Of a stretch of DNA of 64,000 nt, positions 9,379 through 16,507 are shown piece after piece (position 1 is the stretch's first letter; every line of letters starts with the position of its first letter). Under the pieces are notes generated by a model. It had not been told where the DNA came from and ran no database searches. It saw only the letters and a list, made by a program, of their open reading frames with translations. Made by a program: the position numbers and the translations under genes. Origin of the DNA: Candidatus Doudnabacteria bacterium (GTDB lineage: Bacteria > Patescibacteriota > Doudnabacteria > UBA920); assembly GCA_963768175.1 (NCBI GenBank), contig CAVYGQ010000001.1:510305-574304 (forward strand), written 5' to 3'.

Positions 9379-9795
9379 CTATTTTCTTTCTGCGTAAGCC
9401 CATTTTTCTTTCCCTTCAGGATTTTGAGCAGGGACTCGAACTAAAACTCGATTTTGAACCAAACGTATCAACGCTGTTGAAATAACTTGGCGCGTATAAT
9501 GGAAGCCGGCTTGTTGTAACTTCTGTAAAACCTGGGGTAAAGTCTTCGGACTTTTTAAATCACCGTCTTTTAATAAAAGCAAAATTCCACCCTTTGGCCC
9601 TTTAAACTTAAGCACTTTTGGATGCTCCTTATTCTTTGCTGTTAGTACAGAACTCTCCCCCATATTCTTAGCTAATTCGGTTAAAAGCGATTGTATTTCG
9701 CTAATAATATCAAGGTTTCTTTTGTTTGTATCCATAAATATATGTTTAATTATTACATCTTGATTAGTATATACCGTATTCTTCCTTATTGTCAA
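9379..9795 (-). CDS. Hypothetical small protein with a C-terminal winged-helix DNA-binding-like segment (BlaI/MarR-like: QVISTALIRLVQNRVLVRV)
   Basis: 138-aa ORF. A likelier start is the internal Met at about 9735. Confidence 0.45.
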   Translation of the reverse strand: MTIRKNTVYTNQDVIIKHIFMDTNKRNLDIISEIQSLLTELAKNMGESSVLTAKNKEHPKVLKFKGPKGGILLLLKDGDLKSPKTLPQVLQKLQQAGFHYTRQVISTALIRLVQNRVLVRVPAQNPEGKEKWAYAERK

Positions 9796-10116
9796 GGGCT
9801 AAATTTAAAACTAAAATGATTACACAAGTAAACAAATTATTAAATACGTTCAATGAAAGTAAATAAACCTTTCAAATAAAGCTAAATTTGGAATTTAAAA
9901 TAAACAGTTTTGTTAATCTTAATAATCACATAAAAATGTCCAGCTACTAACTTTGGACCTAATATAAAGGGTCACATGCTTTTCATAACCCTAAAATGAC
10001 TATTTTGGGCAGGGGGGTTATAATACCCATATAACCATATGTGCGGAGCGTTTTCCATTTTACATCCTATGGCCAAGCTCTAATTCGCGCGAATAGGAGA
10101 ACGCTAAAAATCATAA

Positions 10117-10147
10117 AACCCCGGGGCTTTGGCTTCGGGGTTTTGGT
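10117..10147 (-). terminator. Hairpin plus U-tract immediately after the hicA stop
   Basis: AAAACCCCG...CGGGGTTTT stem with a T/A run on both sides. Confidence 0.4.
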
Positions 10148-10341
10148 TATTTTAGATGTATTGTCGGCAGCCCTAAATCTTTACAAATCTTTTTGCCTAA
10201 AAAAGTGTTTATTTCTTTATGTCTTGGTACCGCGGAAACTTGGCCCGAGGTCGGATTAATGAATATTGTGTGCGAACTGCCCTCACGCTCAACTAAACAA
10301 CCAAAAGATAAAATATACCTCACCAGGGCTTTACGCTTCAT
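10147..10341 (-). CDS. hicA: HicA family toxin (mRNA interferase)
   Basis: 64 aa with MKRKALVRYILSFGCLVEREGSSHTIFINPTSGQVSAVPRH, matching the HicA consensus (K.L....G....R..GSH..F.HP.....T.P.H). Confidence 0.75.
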   Translation of the reverse strand: MKRKALVRYILSFGCLVEREGSSHTIFINPTSGQVSAVPRHKEINTFLGKKICKDLGLPTIHLK

Positions 10342-10346
10342 AAAAG

Positions 10347-10555
10347 CTAAGCTAAAACAAGGGTCTCTTTGGTAACTTTAGCTTTGCCCAATTCCTTGCG
10401 AAAATATTTATTGCGCGCGGACAATACTAAAGTCAAAGCTTCTTTTAAGTTCTTTTCGGCTTCTTTTTTTGTCCGCCCTTGGGTGTTGGCCCCGGAACTT
10501 CCAATACCCACGCGGAATAATATTTGCCTGATTTTTTATAAATTGCCGTATACAT
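10347..10555 (-). pseudogene. hicB: HicB-family antitoxin interrupted by a -1 frameshift at a GGGG run near 10490
   Basis: Hand translation: frame 1 gives MYTAIYKKSGKYYSAWVLEVPG, then the reading frame shifts to ANTQGRTKKEAEKNLKEALTLVLSARNKYFRKELGKAKVTKETLVLA. The stop lies 5 bp upstream of the hicA ATG. Confidence 0.5.
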
Positions 10556-10634
10556 GAAAAGGTTTTGTTAGCTTAACTTAATATTATATCGCCTCCGGCA
10601 TACTGTCAATCGCCTTCCCCCATAAAGCACGCAA

Positions 10635-11615
10635 TTAAGTCAACAATTGCGAAACTATCAGGTCCAAAAGTAACCTTGGCGGAGCGCTGGAACTTTTTAG
10701 CTCTTCGTCCAAAGCTTCCAGCTTATTTAGGAAATCCAAGATTTTTTTGGGCGGAAAGCGCGCGGCGATTTTTTTCATTACGAACAGCCGGCCCGGTTTC
10801 CAGCCGGTGATTTCCAAAATTTGGTTTTCCGATTTTTTTGCCGCCATAAAATCCTGCACCGCCGCGACATTCCTGAATTGCTCGGAAAGCAAAGCGTTTA
10901 GCTGGATTATTCCAATTTTCTCGTCACTGCCAGTCTGTTCTTTTAAAAAGCGATGCAAAAGCCCCATGGCTTTTTGCTTTTGGTTGTCGGCAATCGCGTT
11001 GGTTAAATCAAACACGTCCACTTCCCCGTTTTCCGAAACCAAATCCTCCACTTCTTTAGTTCCTATTTCCGCCTTTCCGGCAAAAGCCAAAAGCTTTTTT
11101 ATTTCGCTGTCCGCCTGCCACAAACTAAAAACTTCTTCTGCCGATGTTACCTTGCCTGCTACTTTAATTTCTTTTCCGTTGTCGCGCCCCAAACGGACAG
11201 CCAGCAAATCTACGGCTTCCTTGCTCATTGCGCCGCCATAAAACTTAACCCGCTTGGCTATCCATTCGTTTAACTCCCTGCCGTGCGGCAAAACAAATTC
11301 TTTTATAGTGATTTTTTTATTCGATAGCAATTCTTTGTTTTCCTTTTTCCTTTTGTCTAAAGCTTTAAGGGAAATTACTATATTATTGGCTGTTGCGATC
11401 ATTTTTTCAATTTCCGGCTTCGTAAATTCTGGCATAACGTTTTGCAGCATAAAAACCTTCGGCTTGGAAAACAAATCCGTTTCTAAAAACTGGCCGTTAT
11501 TGGGCAATTGATCACCTTCCGAAAACATTACCAAATCGGCTCCTTTGTCTTTAACTAAAGAGTCTATAAAATCTTTTTTGGAAAAATCATCCGGACCTAA
11601 AAGAAGTATAAGCAT
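10635..11615 (-). CDS. holA: DNA polymerase III delta subunit (HolA-like)
   Basis: Family-level call only: 326 aa starting MLILLLGPDDF, position adjacent to tRNA genes. Confidence 0.55.
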   Translation of the reverse strand: MLILLLGPDDFSKKDFIDSLVKDKGADLVMFSEGDQLPNNGQFLETDLFSKPKVFMLQNVMPEFTKPEIEKMIATANNIVISLKALDKRKKENKELLSNKKITIKEFVLPHGRELNEWIAKRVKFYGGAMSKEAVDLLAVRLGRDNGKEIKVAGKVTSAEEVFSLWQADSEIKKLLAFAGKAEIGTKEVEDLVSENGEVDVFDLTNAIADNQKQKAMGLLHRFLKEQTGSDEKIGIIQLNALLSEQFRNVAAVQDFMAAKKSENQILEITGWKPGRLFVMKKIAARFPPKKILDFLNKLEALDEELKSSSAPPRLLLDLIVSQLLT

Positions 11616-11622
11616 AAAGACT

Positions 11623-11657
11623 TGAGTTTATTGGAAATTTAGTGTAAAATATCGGAG
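11623..11657 (+). promoter_or_regulatory. Candidate sigma70-like promoter for tRNA-Lys (TTGAGT, 17-bp spacer, TAAAAT)
   Basis: -35/-10-like hexamers with 17-bp spacing, about 15 bp upstream of the tRNA 5' end. Confidence 0.3.
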
Positions 11658-11670
11658 ATAGTATCGTCAC

Positions 11671-11746
11671 GGGTTGGTAGCTCAGTTGGTAGAGCAGCGG
11701 CCTCTTAAGCCGCTTGTCGTGGGTTCGATCCCCACCCAACCCACCA
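11671..11746 (+). tRNA. tRNA-Lys(CTT), CCA encoded
   Basis: Hand fold: acceptor GGGTTGG/CCAACCC, D-arm GCTCAGTTGGTAGAGC, anticodon stem GCGGC/GCCGC with loop CTCTTAA, T-arm GTGGGTTCGATCCCCAC, then ACCA. Confidence 0.9.
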
Positions 11747-11937
11747 AGTCAAAACATTCAGGATTTTCAGTATACTTTTTTGGGCGACGCTGTGCGTCGC
11801 CCATTGTGTCTATGGGGAAAACTGCAATTCACGATTTTTTAAAAACAGGTTCAGTAGGAATTCCGACCCAATAAAAAATCGCCTACCCAAAAAAGCAATA
11901 GATAATGCTTTCTATTCTATAACTATCCTAACAAGCT

Positions 11938-12186
11938 TTACTCTTCCAGTTTAGAAACAACAGCACCGACATCTACCTTTTGGGCAACCTTCACCCCAAT
12001 CACTTCTTTAGCCTTAGCCACTGAGACAGCGGCGTGCTCCAATTGCATGGAATCCACCACTTGTTCAAACTCGGCATGCTTGTCTTGAATCTTGATTTTG
12101 TCACCCACTTTTAAGGCGCCGGAGAGCTCAATAATGGCCACTCCGATCTTCCCGTAATAATGGGTAACTTTGCCAATTTCTTTCAT
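11938..12186 (-). CDS. Small beta-barrel protein, possibly EF-Tu domain-2-like; no confident family assignment
   Basis: 82 aa with MKEIGKVTHYYGKIGVAIIELSGALKVGDKIKI. Confidence 0.4.
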   Translation of the reverse strand: MKEIGKVTHYYGKIGVAIIELSGALKVGDKIKIQDKHAEFEQVVDSMQLEHAAVSVAKAKEVIGVKVAQKVDVGAVVSKLEE

Positions 12187-12214
12187 AGTAAGTTAATTAT
12201 AGCAGAAAACTTAA

Positions 12215-12290
12215 TGGCGCACCCGGTAGGGTTTGAACCTACTGCCTCGTGGTCCGAAGCCACGCGCTCTATACTTCACCCTGTCGCTCA
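12215..12290 (-). other. tRNA-like remnant. It has a canonical T-arm (GTAGGTTCAAACCCTAC), a CCA end and an anticodon-like hairpin (CGTGG-CTTCGGA-CCACG), but no pairable acceptor or D stems.
   Basis: Hand folding fails for the acceptor stem (5 of 7 pairs) and the D stem (0 of 4 pairs). It could be a degenerate duplicate of the adjacent tRNA-Arg. Confidence 0.3.
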
Positions 12291-12367
12291 TGGTGCCCTC
12301 GGCAGGAATTGAACCCACATTACTGGTTCCGAAGACCAGCGCTCTAATCCATTGAGCTACGAGGGCT
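12291..12367 (-). tRNA. tRNA-Arg(TCG), CCA encoded
   Basis: Reverse complement folds as acceptor GCCCTCG/CGAGGGC, D-arm GCTC-AATGGATTA-GAGC, anticodon stem CTGGT/ACCAG with loop CTTCGGA, T-arm GTGGG-TTCAATT-CCTGC (two G-U pairs), then ACCA. Confidence 0.75.
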
Positions 12368-12532
12368 TAACATGAGCGACAGGGCAAGAATGCTTGTCCG
12401 CCGAAGTCCGCATCAAGCGGACGAAGGTGGAAGCTACGGAGTCTCGCCATAAGTTTCAAGTATCATTATAACCAAAATAGGCAATCTTTACCAACGGAAG
12501 GTTACCTGTATCTTATCCTATGATTGTTGCGT

Positions 12533-12590
12533 GAGGACTGTCCTTTTCAGAGATATTGCCGTGGAAAGGACAGTCCTCTTTTCTTATAAG
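12533..12590 (+). terminator. Strong intrinsic terminator: 14-bp perfect stem GAGGACTGTCCTTT / AAAGGACAGTCCTC followed by TTTTCTT on the plus strand
   Basis: The U-tract is present only in the plus orientation. It lies just downstream of the minus-strand pil operon end at 12591, so it may act on both strands. Confidence 0.6.
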
Positions 12591-12908
12591 CTACTGCGTA
12601 GGCTGTAACACAACCTGGGTAGCGAAAGGGTTATTGGTAATTCCTCCCGTAGGCTGAAAGTTGTCCGCCTGCTGTATCCTGCTTACCGCCTGGTTGTAAG
12701 CATCAAAATTAATCTTAACCTGTTTTTCGTGCCCAATAACCGGCGCCTGGTTGATGTCGGAGACCACCGAAAAGGAATTCCTAACCTGGAAAATCTCCAA
12801 GACCACTATAAGCAAAAATACCGCAAAAAACAGCCATCTTAAATTTTTAACCAAGCTGCCGAAAAAATTCTTTACGCTCACTAAATTTAAGTTTATGTTT
12901 TTTGCCAT
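12591..12908 (-). CDS. Small single-pass membrane protein, last gene of the pilus operon (hypothetical pilus assembly component)
   Basis: 105 aa, one TM helix, 1-bp gap to the pilO-like gene. Confidence 0.45.
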   Translation of the reverse strand: MAKNINLNLVSVKNFFGSLVKNLRWLFFAVFLLIVVLEIFQVRNSFSVVSDINQAPVIGHEKQVKINFDAYNQAVSRIQQADNFQPTGGITNNPFATQVVLQPTQ

Positions 12909-12909
12909 A

Positions 12910-13464
12910 TCATTTTTTTAAATAAAAATTCGCCGTCATGCTTGCGGTCACGTTTCCGCCGTCGGCGGCCTCTATGGAAATATTGGTCGGGTTGGTAATA
13001 AATTTTAAATGCTCGAGGCTCTCAATAAAATTTACGACCTGGAAAAAATCTCCGCTTAAACTTATGCTGTACGGCACTATGGCTATCGGGGTTACGGTAT
13101 TGGCGCTTTGCAAAGAGTTAATGGTTCCCGCAACTCCCGAAAGCTGCATTTTTAAATTATACTTGGCGGCCAGATTTTCCAAAGTCTGTATTTCATTTAC
13201 CAGTGAAATATCGCTGGTAAAAAAATCTTCTGGCTGCGGCGATTTTTCATTCGCCAGTTTATCCAAATCGGCCTGGGCCTGTTTATAGCTGGCGTATTGA
13301 GCCTGCAAAGCCGCCAAGTTACTTCTCTCCTGGGCCATAGAATCCAAAGTGGCTTGATTTTGGTTATCAAGCAGTTTGAACAAATACATGAACATCACCA
13401 CGCTTAAAATCAGCCACACCAGTAGCAGTAATATTATTTTATTTTTTGCGGATATCTTTCTCAT
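12910..13464 (-). CDS. pilO: Type IV pilus assembly protein PilO-like
   Basis: N-terminal TM helix, coiled-coil, then a periplasmic domain. Position after pilM and pilN. Confidence 0.55.
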   Translation of the reverse strand: MRKISAKNKIILLLLVWLILSVVMFMYLFKLLDNQNQATLDSMAQERSNLAALQAQYASYKQAQADLDKLANEKSPQPEDFFTSDISLVNEIQTLENLAAKYNLKMQLSGVAGTINSLQSANTVTPIAIVPYSISLSGDFFQVVNFIESLEHLKFITNPTNISIEAADGGNVTASMTANFYLKK

Positions 13465-13477
13465 ATGCCAATTACAA

Positions 13478-14035
13478 TTACTGCTGTAAAAGTTTATCCT
13501 GAATTTTAAAAGTAAAATGGTAATTCACGTTCACCGGGTTTACCACATTTTCCAAAGGATAATCTATGCCGTAAAAATCATCGGTGTCCCGTAAAATATT
13601 ATTGTAAAGCGCAATTACCAAATCACGAGTGGGGCTAAGTCCAGTAATATTGATTGTTTTTTGGATTGGGTTAATGGTAAAAGTGCTGATTTTAACACCG
13701 GGCGGCGGCAAAGGCGCAAAAGCCTTAATTACCTTAGACCAATGGGGCGAGCTATTGGCTAAATTCAGGTAATCTGAAACCAAATTATTAACCGCTGCGA
13801 TTTTGGCTTTAATTTCGGTATTTTGCTGTTTGTTTACCTGGCTCTGCAGCTGCGCGACCTGTTGCTTAATGGCATTATCCTCATACTGCAAATAAAATTT
13901 TGTGGCAAACTGGGCTAAAAAAACCAAAATAAAACTGACCAAAGAAAGATTGACTACAACCCAGAGGCTATGTAGTATAATTTCGTAGCGCAGTTCCTGC
14001 TGTCTGGTTTTGGGTAAAAGATTGATGGTCTTCAT
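13478..14035 (-). CDS. pilN: Type IV pilus assembly protein PilN-like
   Basis: INLLP motif at the N-terminus, single TM helix, coiled-coil. Likely start at the internal Met (MKTINLLPK). Confidence 0.6.
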   Translation of the reverse strand: MKTINLLPKTRQQELRYEIILHSLWVVVNLSLVSFILVFLAQFATKFYLQYEDNAIKQQVAQLQSQVNKQQNTEIKAKIAAVNNLVSDYLNLANSSPHWSKVIKAFAPLPPPGVKISTFTINPIQKTINITGLSPTRDLVIALYNNILRDTDDFYGIDYPLENVVNPVNVNYHFTFKIQDKLLQQ

Positions 14036-14039
14036 CGCT

Positions 14040-15146
14040 TTAATTGGCCTCGTAGGCGGCGCCTCTAGCGGCAAGGCCTATTGCCGTGGCAAAACTCAAA
14101 CTTTCTAAAACGCCTAAGTGTTCGCTATTGGTTATTTTTAAATTTTGCAAAGGGTTAGCTAATTCCACGTTGGACACTCCCACTTCCGAAAGCTGGGTCG
14201 CCAGAAATTCCGGCAAATTCTTAAGCTTACCGCTGCCGCCGGCAATAATAACCCTTTGGACTTGGTTTAAAGAATGCTCGCCATGAAATTTTAGGATATT
14301 TTTTATCTCCGCGGCCAAATTATATAATACCGGTAAAAGCTCGGTCTTGATATTCGGGTATTCCGTGGTGTTAGCAATACCGACTTTTTTCTTAATTTCT
14401 TCGGCTTTGCTGCTGGAAACGCCGAGGGCCCTGGCAATACTTTCGGTAAAAGTATTGCCGGCAATAGGGATGGTAGAAGTAAACTGTAAATTGCCCTGTT
14501 CTACCATTATTAAACTGCTGCGGAAACTGCCCAAGTCTACCAAAAGCGAAGTTTCCAGGCTAGCGGGTTTTACAGCCGCCCTTAAACAACTCTGCGATTC
14601 CACTTCCATCGCCACGGTTTTTAGCCCGGCTTTATCCAAGACCTCCAAATACTTGTCAACGAATTCCTTAGGAGAAGCAATCATTAAAACATTCATTTTG
14701 CCCACTTCGGCTAGGCCTGCTTCAACCCGGCCTGCCTCGCCTGGCTGTCCGACGATTTTTTGCCAGTCCAAATAAACCTGATCTATGGGCAAAGGAATAA
14801 AACTCTCGGCTTCAAACGGCACGGCGTTATTGGCTTCACTATCGCTCATTTGTGGAATTTGAATAACACGCACAAAAGATTTGGATTCCGGAAGGCTGGC
14901 AATCACATGGTTAGTATCAAACTTGCCGTATTGCGGCTTATCCAAGGACTGTTTTAACAAAAAGCTAAAAGTTTTAACATCCGTTATCACATCATTAATA
15001 ATTAAGCCTTTTGGCAAAAAAGCCTCATGATAACTTTTTAACCTAAACTGTTTGGCCTGTTGTTCCAGCCTCACAATTTTTAAGGAATTGGCGCTTACAT
15101 CGAGGCCAAAACTGGGCAAAGTTTTAGAAAGGAAGTTAAACTTCAT
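14040..15146 (-). CDS. pilM: Type IV pilus assembly ATPase-like protein PilM (actin/FtsA fold)
   Basis: GLDVSANSLKIV N-terminal motif and actin-like fold signature. Likely start MKFNFLSK (the ORF track extends to 15188). Confidence 0.75.
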   Translation of the reverse strand: MKFNFLSKTLPSFGLDVSANSLKIVRLEQQAKQFRLKSYHEAFLPKGLIINDVITDVKTFSFLLKQSLDKPQYGKFDTNHVIASLPESKSFVRVIQIPQMSDSEANNAVPFEAESFIPLPIDQVYLDWQKIVGQPGEAGRVEAGLAEVGKMNVLMIASPKEFVDKYLEVLDKAGLKTVAMEVESQSCLRAAVKPASLETSLLVDLGSFRSSLIMVEQGNLQFTSTIPIAGNTFTESIARALGVSSSKAEEIKKKVGIANTTEYPNIKTELLPVLYNLAAEIKNILKFHGEHSLNQVQRVIIAGGSGKLKNLPEFLATQLSEVGVSNVELANPLQNLKITNSEHLGVLESLSFATAIGLAARGAAYEAN

Positions 15147-15150
15147 AAAT

Positions 15151-16359
15151 TTAGCTAGCATTCTGATAAATACTGTATATAGGGGCAATTAGGGCCAAAG
15201 CCAGCAGACCGACAACCGCTCCGATAGTCAAAATAAGCAGCGGCTCAATTACGGAAGCCAAATTTTTTAAGGTGTCATCAACCTCGGCTTCATAGTGAAT
15301 GGCCAGCTGTTCCAAAATTTCCTGCGTACTGCCGCTCTCCTCACCCACGGCTACCATTTGCTGCACCAATACGGGAAAAAGTTTTTCGCTTTTGCTTAAG
15401 GACTCGGCCAGAGGCTTGCCTATCCTGACGTCTTCCGCGGCCTGCACCAGCAGTTCCTTATAAAGCACGTTATCCAACGATTCCGCCACTACTTCTAATC
15501 CCTGAACTATCGGAACTCCGCTTTTAAGCATGGAACTTAAAATTCTGGCAAACCGCGCCAAATTTATTTTTTTTACGATTCCCTTTACCACAAAAAGATT
15601 CAGGCCAACAATACTGGAAGTCCGCTTGCCGGCCGCGGTGCGAAAAAAAGCGACGGACACAACAGCAATACCTATCATTCCCCCAATTGCCAAAACGGCA
15701 TGGTGGCTCATAAGATTGGATATGGCGATGACAATGCGGGTGGTAAGCGGGAGGGCAACGCCCTGCTCGGTAAAAATGGACATTAAGCTCGGCAGGACAA
15801 AAATAGACATAAGCACCCCAATGACAATCATAGCTATCACAATAACCGAAGGATACATCATGGCTCCCTTGACCTTGCTCTTTAAATCGGCTTCCCGCTC
15901 AAGCTGGATGCTTAAATATTCCAGGCTCCTGTCGAGGTTGCCGGAAAGTTCGCCGATTTTTATCATGCTCGTGACAATATTCGGAAACACGCTGGGATAT
16001 TTTGACAAAGCCTCGGCCAGGCTTTTCCCCTGCTGAACCTGATTATAAACATCACTAAGAATGTCCTTAAATTTTTTGTTGTGCGTTTGCTTGACCAAAA
16101 TTTGCAAACAACGGCTTATGGATATCCCGGCTTTGAGCATAACGCCCAAATTTTGCACAAAGTTAATTTTTTCGGACAGTGAAACAAAGGAAAAATTTTT
16201 TAAAAAGGAAAAAGTGGTTTTTGCCCCCTGCTCGCGGATTTCCGTAGGCAAAAGGCCCTGCTCTTTAAGCAGGTGCCCGGCCGTAGCCAAATTCGCCGCC
16301 TCAATTGAGGAGCTTTCTTTGCGGCCGTCTTTGGTTATGGCTGTGTAGGTGAATTCCAT
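15151..16359 (-). CDS. pilC: Type IV pilus inner-membrane platform protein PilC (GspF family)
   Basis: Two T2SS-F repeats and three TM segments; 402 aa. Confidence 0.8.
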   Translation of the reverse strand: MEFTYTAITKDGRKESSSIEAANLATAGHLLKEQGLLPTEIREQGAKTTFSFLKNFSFVSLSEKINFVQNLGVMLKAGISISRCLQILVKQTHNKKFKDILSDVYNQVQQGKSLAEALSKYPSVFPNIVTSMIKIGELSGNLDRSLEYLSIQLEREADLKSKVKGAMMYPSVIVIAMIVIGVLMSIFVLPSLMSIFTEQGVALPLTTRIVIAISNLMSHHAVLAIGGMIGIAVVSVAFFRTAAGKRTSSIVGLNLFVVKGIVKKINLARFARILSSMLKSGVPIVQGLEVVAESLDNVLYKELLVQAAEDVRIGKPLAESLSKSEKLFPVLVQQMVAVGEESGSTQEILEQLAIHYEAEVDDTLKNLASVIEPLLILTIGAVVGLLALALIAPIYSIYQNAS

Positions 16360-16374
16360 AATAATTTAAATTCG

Positions 16375-16500
16375 AAGCACTAAGTCCGAAGTTCGAAACA
16401 AATTCAAATATCTAAATAATAAATTCTAAACTCGAGATATCCCTGTTTAAATATTAAATATTTGTATTTAGATATTGTTTCGGATTTCGATATTCGAATT
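16375..16500. repeat. Long imperfect palindrome (about 45-bp arms) in the pilB-pilC intergenic region. The core inverted repeat is AAATATCTAAATA / TATTTAGATATTT, flanked by TTCGAA and TTTCGAT direct repeats.
   Basis: Seen in sequence; AT-rich, with no ORF. Confidence 0.4.
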
Positions 16501-16507
16501 TCGATTT

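Noticed and set aside
10041-10259. 72-aa plus-strand ORF
   Set aside because: It is antisense to hicA and its terminator. hicA has a clear family signature while this ORF has none.
11773-11793. Hairpin GGGCGACGCtgtGCGTCGCCC after tRNA-Lys as an intrinsic terminator
   Set aside because: The T-run precedes rather than follows the stem on the plus strand, and the minus-strand reading has an A-run after it, so it does not fit a canonical terminator on either strand. It is kept only as a possible processing or structural hairpin.
11674-11874. 66-aa plus-strand ORF
   Set aside because: It lies entirely within and just after tRNA-Lys; the translation (…LVVGSIPTQPT…) is the tRNA T-arm read as protein.
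12215-12290. Second canonical tRNA (Arg-TCG duplicate)
   Set aside because: The acceptor stem pairs only 5 of 7 positions and the D-stem 0 of 4 in every register tried. It is retained only as a tRNA-like remnant.
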